Origin: Octopus sinensis
Lineage: Eukaryota
NCBI RefSeq assembly: GCF_006345805.1
Contig: NC_043010.1
Location: 31,620,001 to 31,684,000 of the forward strand
Direction: 5' to 3'
DNA: 64,000 bases
The first letter of the stretch is position 1. Every line of letters begins with the position of its first letter. A model generated the notes under the pieces. It worked only from the letters and a program-made list of their open reading frames with translations. It had not been told where the DNA came from and ran no database searches. Positions 25,213 through 40,439 of the stretch are shown here, piece by piece. The position numbers and the translations under genes are program-made.

Positions 25213-25338
25213 CTTTACTACCCACAAGGGGCGAAACACAGAGGGGGCAAACAAGGACAGACAAACGGATAAAGTCGTTTACATCGATCCCAGTGCGTAA
25301 CTGGTACTTAATTTATCGACCCCTAAAGGATGAAAGGC

Positions 25339-25369
<31 letters not shown>

Positions 25370-25384
25370 ATATGTGTGTGTATA

Positions 25385-25440
<56 letters not shown>

Positions 25441-26000
25441 TATATATATATCACCGTGATCAACGTGATCACCGTGACCGACCAGGCTATCAGATGTCGA
25501 TACACATCGTTGGTCACAATGCACTTCGCATTGTTTTAGCCTTCAAATGACGCCACCCCACCGGCTAAGCAAGCAGGCCAACAGAAGAAATAGTGAGAGA
25601 AAGTTGTGGCTAAAGAGTACAGCAGGGATCGCCACCACCGTCTGCCGGAGCATCGTGGAGCTTTAGGTGGTTTCGCTCAATAAACACTCACAACGCCCGG
25701 TCTGGGAATCGAAACTGCGATCCTACACGCATGTATGTATGTGAGTATATGTATATATATATATAATATATTTATATAAGATGCATACCCATATACTCAT
25801 ATATATACGCGCCACATTTGCTGGTGGATTTCTCTTAGACATATCCCCACCATCGCAGTCCGGCAGAGGTGTATCCAGGAGTCATGAACGTGATGCAGCT
25901 CGACCCCCTTAAACTGTAAGGAATTAGGGGCCGAAACCTTTGCATGACGTGGGGTGGGCGTTCTTTGTAAACATTCTGGTGTTCATCTCTCCTGACATTT

Positions 26001-26039
<39 letters not shown>

Positions 26040-26920
26040 GACACACACACACAGACACACACACACAGACACACACACACAGACACACAGACAGACAGAC
26101 AGACAGACAGACACACACACGCGCGCGCACACACATGTACAAATGCCTATACGCATATTGTGTACGTACTTCCTGTAATTTTGTGTATAAATTTTGCTTG
26201 ATAGAATCTGAATCAATTGGCATCTCCGAACATTCTTCTATCTCCATCTACCATCTCACCTCTTTTTCTTTCATTTTGGCTCTCCCCCCCCAATACCCGT
26301 CCTTCCTCACTCTTTCCCTCTGTCTCCCTTCCTCTCCATCGCTCTCTCCTCTCTATCTCCTTCTCTCCCGTTCCCATTCTCTCCCTCTCTCCCCTTCTCT
26401 GCGTGTGTGTATACACACACACACACACACGCACACATACACACATATATATATACATAGACATGACTTATTTCCTCCTTCATAGTTTCCCCTATGTCCG
26501 ATCAATCTGTCTATTTATCTATCTATCTATCTCTCTGTGTGTCTGTCTGACTTTCTCTTTCTCCAAAATATCCACTTTTATCAAAAATAACGGCGTTAAT
26601 CTACTATTTGTCTAAACGGATGGAATCGAGAAAGTACTCAGTAAGATCGTAAAGCTGTTATACATTTATATAAACGACAGTGGTGGCGGTATTGATGGTG
26701 GTGGAGTCGTTAAACTAAAACATCTTAAATGTATAGCCATTCATGTTTATTTAACAGACCACTATCAGATATTTTAATCGCTCATCCTAGTCGATCTCTC
26801 AAACCCATTTACTTTAGTTAACCATCAGAACACACCCTCCATACACCACTTGCTCTAATTCTTTCTCGTCTTGTGTCATTGACATCAGCCGATCAGCTCT
26901 TGGACTAAGGGACGCTTAGT

Positions 26921-26978
<58 letters not shown>

Positions 26979-27239
26979 AACACACACACACACACACACA
27001 CAAGTCGACTCTCGGTTACTCGATGGATCAGTGTCCTCCAGTCAGTTCTATCCTGGGTCGCTTCTTTCAGATTGGCTATGTCAATTCCGGTATCACTCTT
27101 GATGGTGTCAAGCTAGCGGGTCCTTGGTTGGCCTCTTCCTCTCTTGCCACTGACCATTCCGGGCTTGATGTCCTTCTCCAGGGATTTTCTCCGCATAATA
27201 CAGATTTTCTCCGCATACACATACAGACACACAAATACA

Positions 27240-27815
27240 TATTTCTTTACTACCCACAAGGGGCTAAACAAGGAGAGAACAAACAAGGATAGACAAAGGG
27301 ATCAAGTTGATTATATCGACCCCAGTGCGTAACTGGTACTTAATTTATCGACCCCGAAAGGATGAAAGGCAAAGTCGACTTCGGCGGAATTTGAACTAGG
27401 AACGTAGCGGCATACGAAATACCTATTTCTTTACTACCCAGATGGAGCTAAACACAGAGAGGACAAACAAGGACAGACAAAGGGATCAAGTCGATTATAT
27501 CGACCCCAGTGCGTAACTGGTACTTAATTTATCGACCCCGAAAGGATGAAAGGCTTGAACTCAGAACGTAGCGGCATACGAAATACATATTTCTTTACTA
27601 CCCACAAGGGGCTAAACACAGAGAGGACAAACAAACAGACAAAGGGATCAAGTCGATTATATCGACCCCAGTGCGTAACTGGTACTTAATTTATCGAACC
27701 CGAAAGGATGAAAGGCGAAGTTGACTTCGGCAGAATTTGAACTCAGAACGTAGCGGCAGACGAAATACCGCTAAGCATTTCGCCCGGCGTGCTAACGTTT
27801 CTGCCAGCTCGCCGT
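27240..27815 (-). mobile_element. tRNA-derived SINE with its 3' part tandemly triplicated
   Basis: Head ggcgagctggcagaaacgttagcacgccgggcg at ~27814. The ttctttactaccca...atcgaccccgaaaggatgaaaggc unit starts at ~27243, ~27426 and ~27590. Family also at 25210-25340, 28690-28880, 38276-38508, 46240-46420, 56955-57160 and 63910-64000. Confidence 0.85.
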
Positions 27816-27874
27816 AAATACACACACAAACATAGCCATGCGGATTCACGCATATAAGCGTGTGTGTGTGTGTG

Positions 27875-27933
<59 letters not shown>

Positions 27934-27934
27934 T

Positions 27935-28000
<66 letters not shown>

Positions 28001-28604
28001 CATATGCACGTACATTCGTACAAACACACATACATCCATATATGCATACACATTATCACATTTTAATGACAGTTTCAATTGTCTCTGTACTATGATTCTA
28101 ACGTCAATCCACGAAAACTTCCATGTGAAAAGTTACGTAATATTTACAGTTTAAAACAAGAGAGGCACTTTGTCAGACTTGCATCATTTGTTCGCTATAA
28201 TTTTTTGCATCTGCCAAGCGTCATATTTGACTTATATGGGGAGAAAGCAAGAAGTATAAATAAAGATAAAAATAAAAATTAAAATATAATTGGGACATGT
28301 CGAACAGCCCATATATATAATGTTAAAACCAAAAGAGGCAAAAAAAAAATGGCGAGAAAATAAAGGAAGAGAAAAAGAAGACGAAGACGAAAAAGAAGAA
28401 AGAGTAGAAGAAAGAAGAGGGAGGAATGGGAGAAGGAGAGGAGGAGACGAAAAAGAAGAAGGTGGAGGAGGGGGGCGAAGAAGAAAAGTAATATATAATG
28501 GGTGAGGTGGAATAATAACATTCAAACTCACAAATGGTAGTGGTTAAATAAGTATAGAAATATTGGTGTAGAGCTATGATGATGATGATGATGATAATGA
28601 TGAT

Positions 28605-28646
<42 letters not shown>

Positions 28647-28944
28647 TATTATTATTATTATTATTAGTTCTAGTGGAAGCAAAAGGCTCAAATTTTGGGG
28701 GAAGGGATTAAGTCAATTACATCGACACCAGTGCGTAGCTGGCACTTATTTAATCGACCCCGAAAGGATGAAAGGCAAAGTCGACCTCAGCAGAATTTGA
28801 ACACAGAACGTAGCGACAGTCGAAATACCGCTAAGCATTTCGTCCAGCGTGCTAGCGATTCTGCCAGCTCACCGCCTTAATATAATGATGCTGATGATGC
28901 TGATAGTAATAATAATGATGATAATAATAATAATAATAGAGGGG

Positions 28945-29360
28945 TTAAAAATTTTCGGTATGCAAATTAGGGATTCCTTCATAGAATAAATTCTGCATTT
29001 GTTGAGTATTTAAACTGTTTATAAAAATTTTCGGTATGCAAATTAGGGATTCCTTCATAGAATAACTGCTGCATTTGTTGAGTATATATACAGTTTATAG
29101 ATTGTTAAAGTTTTTCGGTATACAAATTAGGGACTCCTTCATAGAATAACTGCTGTATTTGTTGAGTATATATAGAGTTTATAGAGGTGTTAAAAATTTT
29201 CGGTGTGCAAATTAGGGACTCCTTCATAGAATAACTTCTGCATTTGTTGAGTATTTAAACAGTTTATAGAGTGTTAAACATTTTCGGTATGCAAATTAGG
29301 GACTCCTGCATAGAATAACTGCTGCATTTGTTGAGTATATATACAGTTTATAGAGTGTTA
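28945..29360 (+). repeat. Minisatellite, 5 x ~84 bp
   Basis: Unit aaaattttcggtatgcaaattagggattccttcatagaataactgctgcatttgttgagtatatatacagtttatagagtgtt. Confidence 0.92.
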
Positions 29361-29509
29361 TTCTGCCATCCTCCTAATTAGAAAAGCATACTCAGAGTAG
29401 ATCCATTCTGTCTCATCAGTCTTGCCACTTTTTCCACCTTTTGATAAACACACTTGAACGAAACACCTCTCTGTCTACCATGATGTTGTAGCCAAGACAC
29501 TGTTTAATA

Positions 29510-29870
29510 CGATCCGTTGGAAGAATAACTTTGAAATCAAGGAAATAAGAACTCACAGTTTGGTAGAAGCTATAGCCATTCATAATGAGTACTGGTGGAA
29601 TGACCCTGTGAAAACCTCAGTAAAATGTAATCATAACAGACCTGACATAATGATTTGGGATTGAGAAGAGAAACTGTGTACAGTAGTGGAAATTAGCTGC
29701 CCAGCAGATATTAGCATAGAGCTCAAGATTATCGAAAATGAAAATATGCTGAACTACGCTTACAAGTTCAGGTTTATACCTGTAATTATTGGGGGCGCTG
29801 CAATATGTACCTAAGTACCAATCTTGAGAAATTAAGCTTCTCAAAGCCCTAACTGGCACTGTAAAATTAT
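29510..29870 (+). mobile_element. RLE-type LINE endonuclease fragment
   Basis: EYWWNDPVKTSVKCNHNRPDIMIWD*EEKLCTVVEISCPAD (PD-(D/E)xK-type motif). Confidence 0.7.
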
Positions 29871-30708
29871 GTAAAATTTTCCAGAGGTTTATTATTTAAG
29901 TATATATGCGCATGTCTAGACATGCATAAAAATATATACATAAATCAAAACATACAAAGCTGCACATGCACTGGATACTGCACATATACACACATACATG
30001 CAAAAATACCCTATTGATGTTGTTGAAATTTCAATGAAGAGACCTTGGATCAAGGTTAGAAACCAACTCTTTCTCTATTAGCAAGAAATCTTGAAATAAA
30101 ACGAATAATAAAATACATACGTACTCGAAAGAAATAATAAGCCTCTTTTTTATATTCACATGCACACATACGCACACGCTCACACACATACACGCATACG
30201 ACGTGCTTCTTTCAGTTTTCTTTCTATCAAATCCATTCGCAAGGCTTTGTTCGGCCGGGGTCAATTGTAGAAGACACTTGCCCAAGATGCTACGCAGTGG
30301 GACTGAAGCCGGAACCATATGGTTGGGAGGCAAATTTCTTAGCACAAGCTTGACTTACACTATGTTTGTATGTGTGTCTGGTGTGTGTGTATGTGTGTAT
30401 ATGTGCCTGTATGTATATGTTACACACACATGCACACACATGCACACACGCATACACACATAGACATACACACACATATACGTGCATAAATATTTTCGTC
30501 TGCTTGTTCGTAAGAATAAGGCTCTCACATATAAAATAAAGTGCTCAATATTTCAAGATGTAGAGTGTTTTGATCTTTATGATCATGTTCACAGCTAATA
30601 ACTATATTCACTTCTGAATATCATTAATGATAGAAACATAATTAATTCTGTTTACCACTGACTAATTAAATATATTTAAGACAGTTGGTGTCTTTTAGAC
30701 ACCCTCAT

Positions 30709-30773
<65 letters not shown>

Positions 30774-30916
30774 AACACGCACACACATGCACACACAGCA
30801 AAAGCAGACATACAGATGACACATAAGTGGATCGTGATGAACAGCCATTAATGCACACCTTTGACAAATATTTATTTGAATTGTATACCCTACACACACA
30901 CACGCGCGCGCGCGCA

Positions 30917-30947
<31 letters not shown>

Positions 30948-31536
30948 CTACGCGCGCGCGCATCTATATATATAAAGTTGTAGCCTCTGTCTGTTTCTTA
31001 TCGAACTCTTCCTTGGGTTTTGGAGTAGACCCCCATAACTATATACATTCTGAAACTACATTAACGAGGGTACTTGGATAAGCATATTTCATTTTGGTGA
31101 AAGGGGTCTCCGGGGGGCTCAAACCTCCCCCATTGAAATATGTTTCCCATTGTTTTAAATGAAATTTAAACCATATGGAAATAAAACAGAAATGATGCCT
31201 GAATGGGCTGAAGTTATAAATAGAGATGTTCTTCTGTTGAAACAAGGTGGATTGAGAATTTCATAGTTACATCGATCGTATGACCCTTTGATGTATCCAT
31301 TGTTTATTCCATATGGAACAGATGGCTACCACATATATTTTCAAGGGAGAAATGACCACCAAGGAACAGTGAAATATCACGATTGGAGGATTTCACGACT
31401 CACCAATTATACTATTTAATCCCGAGCAACGCCGGGTATGCCTGCTTATATATATATATATATATCTATATATAAATATATATATATAAATATCTATATA
31501 TATAAATATATATATATATTTATATATATAGATCGT

Positions 31537-31549
<13 letters not shown>

Positions 31550-31574
<25 letters not shown>

Positions 31575-31745
31575 GATCGTTAGGCACTATACACATTTTT
31601 TCTCTCCTTGTTTTTTCTGTCTCCCTTTCTGTAGAAGAACGTAGGCTCGAAACGTAAAAGACTTTTTCTATTCCTGAGCGTTATACTAATACATCTGTTT
31701 ATTTTGTACACCACCTGTCTTCGTCTTTTGCTTTTCGTGAACTTT

Positions 31746-31750
<5 letters not shown>
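31550..31750 (+). mobile_element. PLE pLTR relic with hammerhead-like motif (31625-31660), within (TA)n
   Basis: cttt-CTGTAGA-A-GAAC GTAG GCTC-GAAA-CGT-A-aaag. A longer copy of the same repeat is at 36915-37300. Confidence 0.6.
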
Positions 31751-31799
<49 letters not shown>

Positions 31800-31949
31800 T
31801 ATATATATATAAAGGTAATGCTATACCACTTCATAATAATCCTTATTATTATTATTGTTGATAAATATAACATATGCTTTTATGTGCTACTATTAGTTTC
31901 ATGTTCTAAGACAATATTTTTTAACACGTCCGGTGTACTAATACAATCT

Positions 31950-32700
31950 TTAGGCACGGCTCACATGGCATAACAAACTAAAAAAAATATATTTTCCTCA
32001 AAATCATAGATATCAGAATTTTTAACAAACAATATCCGTTTGGCTTATTCTAATAGTAGAAACATAGCATAAATACTAGAAGCTCATAACGAAAGAATAA
32101 TATCGAAATTTCATAAAAGCTATTCTAGTTAGAGTGGGAAATATAAATATTCAGAATAATAATGTCAAACGCTAAGACGGAAGGGGAATAACCTTGTTTA
32201 ATCTAATTAATAACGTAGAATCAAATAAAAATTCCGCTAGAAATGGAACAAATATGACGTTATGTGAAAGAGTAAATAGGAATAAAGAACTTAGTAAAAA
32301 CGAATTTGGTTTTACCACGACGGATCAAATTAATACGAAATCTGAGAGAATATAAAAAAATTATCTGTGCAATTGTTCTAAACAGGACCCCCTGTTCTCT
32401 TAATAATAAATTTAAAACTAAAAATGTAATATATAGATGTAAAGTCACATCTGAGGGAAATGAATATAGTTTTACATCGGTGCGACTGCACCAATTTTCG
32501 AAGGAAGATTGGCTAATCACTTAAATTCATTTAGAGATAAAAATAAAAAATAAAAATTCCAAACAAGTTCAAGTAGGTTAATCTTGTCTATTAAAGACAG
32601 AAATAAAAACTATACTATCAACTGGAAATCAATTAGTATTGCAAAACCTTACAGATGAGGAACTAATAAATGTAACTTATGTATTAAGAAGTTTGTATTT
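31950..32700 (+). mobile_element. Penelope-like (Neptune-type) GIY-YIG region, relic
   Basis: YFPQNHRY.. linker and NRTPCSLNNKFKTKNVIYRCKVTSEGNEYS. Confidence 0.65.
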
Positions 32701-33315
32701 GGTACACAAACACTTCTTTTGGGATACTGACAGGCTGTGGAGACACTGACTGACATGATAATCATAGGTAGGTGCCAGAAGGCAGTAATACTGGCACACA
32801 GAAGCATTGCTGAAGAATTGTAATGCATTCTTTTTGATGTAAGAACGGAAGCACAAGTCTCTTGGTGTATTTCTCAATGACGGTATGATGCCTTCTTACT
32901 GTCTCTTGGTCATACATTTGAAAGGGAAAAGGCTGTAGCCGAATGAACTGAATGTTTCTGTATGATTGATGCTTTATCATATGGACTACAGTAAAATGAA
33001 AGAGGTGAATAACGTAGGAGAAAGGAAAGAAGTTGAAGGGGAGAAGGGGAACTTCAGGGAGAGGATACATAAAAAGAAAAAGAAGATTGACGGTAGGATG
33101 AAAGGAAAAGGAAGTTAAAGATGAAGAAGAACATGAAGAATGGAATGAAGAATGGGAAAGAGGTAGTAGGAATGAAGAAGGAAAGAGAAGAGAAATATGA
33201 AGATAAAGAAGAGAAAGAAGAAGGATAAGAAGGACGAAGGCAAAGGAAAGGAGAGGAATAAGAGGAAATAATGTCTGCAAGCAGAAAGAGAATGAATAAT
33301 AAAGCAAGCACGAAC

Positions 33316-33503
33316 CTGTCTCTCAGTAAGCTGGAGTAATTTAGCCAGACGTTTCCTTTCGGGAGGAGAAAGATATTTCTGAGTTTCGAACTTCTTTTCT
33401 AGTTCAATGGTTTGGTCATTCGAAAACCTCACCTGTCCACCTTTCCGTTTATGAAGCGGCCTCTGCATGAAATGGTTCCAGAGTAGGGGTGCTTTTGATG
33501 CGA
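33316..33503 (-). CDS. HHEX: Hhex/PRH homeobox gene, internal exon (homeodomain helices 1-2)
   Basis: Translates to [62 protein letters not shown], the Hhex signature. Phase-1 acceptor ttctag| at 33504, phase-0 donor |gttcgt at 33315. Confidence 0.97.
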
Positions 33504-33819
33504 CTAGAACGCAAAGAAACAATATATATATATATATATGATTTTACAATAACAGACATTCACAGCCCCTCAAATCACACACAGCTGTCTTAAAAAGAGA
33601 ACAATTTGCTACTATAGACTTAGATAAACAAAAGAAGAAAAAGGAAGATTACAGCTGAGGCGTCTTTGATCATAGATCTACTTGATCGTTCTGACATGGC
33701 ACTAAACAAGTCCAGGCTTATATTTCATTCAAAACGACTAATTTTATTCAAAAGGATCACATAAAAAAATTCCGTGATGCGACCATTGATAAATTTATGT
33801 ACATAAACAGATCTACAAA

Positions 33820-35022
33820 TTTGGTTGGCAACTAAGTTCCTGCCGTTTTTTTAAATTTAAAATTTTTAAAAGGTTTAATAAAACAAAAATAACAACTAAT
33901 TAATCAATAATGTATTCACCCTTGTTTACAACTTCTTCCCAACGTTCAACATGATTTTCAATACCTCATTGGTAGAAATTACCCGATTTCTACTCACAAA
34001 AGCGATCCAACCCAGATCTCAATTCTACATCAGTATTGAACGAAACTCCGCACATAGCATTTGAAAGAGATCGAAATAGGTGGAAATCCTTTGGTGCCAA
34101 ACCGGGAGAGTACGGCGGGTGTGGCAGCACTTTCCGGCCATGCGTTTGAATGGCTTCCTTGGTCATATTGGCAAACGAACTCCATGCTGCCGATTAGGTC
34201 TTTTCTCTTGAATACCCGTGTTGAGTCGCTCCATCTGTTGGTTCCGCTCAAGCAATTCGTAATGGATAATTCCTTTCCAGTCCCACCATACGCACAACAT
34301 CGTCTTACGCGGATGAAGATCTTGTTTCACGCGCAGTGTCGCTTGTTTACCGGGGCTAAGCCATTCCTTACGCTGCTTCATATTGATGTACAGGCACTAT
34401 TTTTCATCGCCAGTATAGATTCGGTAAAAAAATCGTTGCTTGTGTCCATGAGTTGAGCGGTAATGAGCAAGCAAACCAGCGGAGATTGTAGCTCGCTGAT
34501 TTTTGTTGTTGTCACTTAAAGCATGCGGAACCTATGCTCCATACTTCTGAACATTTCCCATCGAGTGAAGATGCTTTTGTATAGCAGTGTGGGAGCATTC
34601 CATTTTCTCTGCCAGTTCCCTTGTCGTTTGACGAGAATTTTCGTGCAAAAGTTGGTTTAGTCACTCTTCATGGAACTCAACTGGACGGCCAGAACGAGGT
34701 GCGTCTTTGAGGTCAAAATTTCCATTTTTGAACTTGGCATACCTATCACGAGCGGTTCTTTCAGCTATGGCACCCTTTCCATACATAGCACAAATGCCGC
34801 GAGCAGCTTTTGCGGCCTTAGAACCTTGATTAAAAGCAAAAAGAAGGTGGTGTCGAAATGATCGTTTTTCTTAACTTGACATTCCATTTTAATGATCTGA
34901 AAATAAACAAAAATTAACTAGAAAAAAAAAAAGATTCTAAAATGATTCAAAAATAGAATTCTCGAGAAAAATAGATTCCAAAATTTAAAAAAAAAACGGC
35001 AGGAACTTAGTTGCCAACACAA
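33820..35022 (-). mobile_element. Near full-length mariner, disrupted transposase
   Basis: TIRs gttggcaactaagttcctgccgtttttt..aaattt at both ends. DLHPRKTMLCVWWDWKGIIHYELL motif. About 320 bp upstream of the Hhex exon-2 acceptor. Confidence 0.9.
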
Positions 35023-35388
35023 TGCTTATGATCTTTCTAAGCACACACACACACACACACACACACATGGTGTTTATAAGCATTATCATAATTTGTATGA
35101 TTATGACGATACATGCATACACACATACATGCATACTATATGTATATGTGTGTGTGTGTATGCATATGTGTGTGTATATATATATGTGTGTATACTGTAT
35201 ACTGTATATATATATATATAAAGTGTATACTGTCGTCTATACATATATATCTAAATTACGCAAAACTGAAAATAACGCTTACATCTCATTTTAACATATA
35301 TACTTATATAAATCCACTCACAAGGCCTTGGTAGGCCCGAGGCTATAGTAGAAGAGACTTGCCGGGTATAGTGCTAGCGTATAAATAA

Positions 35389-35474
35389 ATTTGATAGTTT
35401 AAAGTTTTGAATTAATTATTTAAAGCATCTTTAGATGCTTTAAATAATTAATTCAAAACTTTAAACTATCAAAT
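35389..35474. repeat. Perfect 42-bp-arm palindrome (2-nt spacer)
   Basis: atttgatagttt...aaagcatct TT agatgcttt...aaactatcaaat. Confidence 0.95.
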
Positions 35475-35589
35475 ATATTTATACATTATAGTTATATTTT
35501 TATATCTATCTATTTATATATATTTTTAATACAATAAGTTCTTTCACACGGGTATATCTTTATGATGAGTTTGGATATTAATTTATTTA

Positions 35590-35660
<71 letters not shown>

Positions 35661-35664
35661 ATAC

Positions 35665-35696
<32 letters not shown>

Positions 35697-35719
35697 TAAT
35701 AATAATAATATATTATTAA

Positions 35720-36000
35720 AATATATATATATATATATTTCAATTCTGGATTTGGTTTGCAAGATTCTTTATATGAATTCGTGTGTTGAAGCATATTCTG
35801 TTGTGTCTGGGGAGAGTCATTTTCTTTTTTGCCTTATAATTTAACACACTCACCGGTAAAGTTTCCACTTGTTTCTTATTTTTATTTTACTAACATTTTC
35901 GTTGCGAAAATAAAAATAAGAAATTAGTGGAAATTTTACCGGTGAGTGTGTTACATTATAAGACACAAAAAGAAAATGACTCTCCCCACATACAACAGTA
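35720..36000. repeat. Fold-back repeat (~90-bp arms); second copy at 62320-62600
   Basis: ggggagagtcattttc...acactcaccggtaaa versus tttaccggtgagtgt...gaaaatgactctcccc. Confidence 0.8.
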
Positions 36001-36054
<54 letters not shown>

Positions 36055-36682
36055 TCTGTGTGTGTGTGTATGCATAAGTATTTTTTTTTATAATGAGCAA
36101 GAGAAACAAGATCAACAACAATACGACTACTAACATCAAACCCAAGACCACAACAATAGTAACTCCAACAACAATGGCCTTATATTGAATAATTTCAACA
36201 ACGTAAGGAAATAATACGTTTCGAAATATAAGGCATGCAGCTTCAATTTACAATCCCAAGTTTCCTGTTTCAGTATTAATATTTCCTTCCGCTGCAATCA
36301 CCAGACACGCAGAAGACAAAGAGGAACTTACAGAGATATTTTGAAATATTTTCACCAGATTTTGTATACTGGGCGATCGTAGCATTAAAATAGTGGCGTC
36401 AGTGGAAATGAGGTGGTTTATGGTCATGGTGGTAGTGGTTGTACTGGTATTGTTGGTAGTGGTTGCGGTGATGGTGATTTTGGTTATACTGGTGATGTTG
36501 CTGGTGGTAGGATTGTCAAGGGATCTGAGTCGTAATGGTAGTTTGAAAGAGGCCGTGATTATATTACAAGGGTTCTACACATGCACACACACTCATGCAT
36601 ACATAGATACGCACACATTCGCATATATGTACGCATGCTCACACACACAAACGCACGCACACGCACACACATCTATCTATCC

Positions 36683-36851
<169 letters not shown>

Positions 36852-36914
36852 ACCAATGCATGTTATGTGTGCTACTACTAGTTTCATAAGTTGATATATA
36901 CTTCAAACATATTC

Positions 36915-37300
36915 ATCACACACTAGCACTGACCACTTCCCATCCCCACATCCCCACACCTACACACACATACGCACACGTCAAGTTCACCAGCCCTCTT
37001 CCACATACACATACATACTCTCTTATACACACGCACGATCACCTTCGTTTGGGATCACCACTACTTTATTACCTCCCCTTCTTTCTAGTGCTCCTGTGTG
37101 ACCCCTCTGTCCAGCATTTGCCATGATTGATCGCTAGCCACTACACATTCTTTATTTTCTCTCCTTCATTCTTTCTCTATTCCTTTCTGTCGAAGATCGT
37201 AGGCTCGAAACGTTAAAGACTTTTCCACTTCTCGAGCGTTAAACTAATACATCTATCTGCACCACCTGTCTTCGTCTTTTGTTTTTTTGTGAATTCTCCC
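36915..37300 (+). mobile_element. PLE pLTR relic with hammerhead-like motif (37183-37218)
   Basis: cttt-CTGTCGA-A-GATC GTAG GCTC-GAAA-CGT-T-aaag. Homologous to 31550-31750. Confidence 0.6.
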
Positions 37301-37508
37301 AATACATACATACATACATACATACATACAGGCGTACACCTAGAAAGGCGTTATTAGTTTCACGCTTGAAAAGAAAAAGGGGAAAGTATGTTTCAGAGAT
37401 GGATGTTTCAACGTTTCGGAAATGGAGAACTTTATTAGAAAAAGTAAAAAAGTAAAAAGAGAAGGTTGGTGGGAAGGAGGAAAGAGAGAGAGAGAGAGAG
37501 CGAGAGCG

Positions 37509-37568
<60 letters not shown>

Positions 37569-38090
37569 GAGAGAGAGAGAAGTTAGGAGTCAGGTGAGGA
37601 ACCAGTCCATTGGAAGGAGTTAAGCGGGGAAGAGGCGGGGAATTGTGTGCATTTAAAGGAAAGTATCTTTTGCCGGGAGATAGGCGTAAGGGGAAGCGTG
37701 AGTGGTGTGAGCTGCAGTGGTTAGCTGGGGTTGAGTGGAGTGGAGTGGGATGCAAATGTGGTGAAAATTAGAGGAAGGCGTGGAAGCAGAAAAAACTGGG
37801 GGAAACAGCGGGGAAACGGTGTAATAGTTCACTCAGGTACAAATAAAGTAATAGTTACAAAGTAGATAAAGGTAGAAAATAAGTAGTGGAAAAAATAAAT
37901 ATCTGGTATACATGTATGTAGATAAAAGTGAAGAGAAATAACTCCGAGTGGCCTGTAGCTTGTATTTGAACAAAATACATAAACATCGGTATATCAAATA
38001 CCAGAAAACTTGAACCCTTGAGCTATTAAAATTATCTCCGCCTTTCGAGGATGTCACACACAACACAACACAACACACACGCACGCGGGT

Positions 38091-38160
<70 letters not shown>

Positions 38161-38511
38161 TGTTGCTTCTATTTGTTACTATATGTGTTAAATTGTTTAT
38201 CTACAGGATAGAGAAAGACTGTGGAAAGGAGAGTAAAGATAAAAGCGCAGAAGTTGTATCACAACGATATATAGAGGGCGGCGAGCTGGCAGAATCGTTA
38301 GCACGCCGGGCGAAATGCTCAGCAGTATTTCGTCTGTCGCTACGTTCTGAGTTCAAATTCCGCCGAGGTCGACTTTGCCTTTCATCCTTTCGGGGTCGAT
38401 TAAACAAGTACCAGTTACGCACTGGGGTCGATATAATCGATTTAATCCCTTTGTCTGTCCTTGTTTGTCCCTTCTGTGTTTAGCCCCTTGTGGGTAGTAA
38501 AGAAATAGATA

Positions 38512-40194
<1,683 letters not shown>

Positions 40195-40439
40195 TATCCT
40201 AGTGAAAAACGCCAGTATTTTATTTTTAAAGTAGTGTACACGTAATGCCGCTCGTCTCATTTCAGAGTTGTCCATCCACCTGGGTGGACGACACTCCATT
40301 TGTGATCTTTGCAAGGCCATGGGGCCGACCTCTTCCTCTCTCTCTCTCTCTCTCATTCGTCATTAGAGCAGCTAATAACCCTACGAACGTCTGAGATGTG
40401 ACGCGGCATTCCGTCCCCTTAAATGTTATTCTGAGTGTT

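Noticed and set aside
28945-29360. Possible CRISPR array
   Set aside because: Units are contiguous ~84-bp repeats with no unique spacers, there are no cas genes, and the context is eukaryotic.
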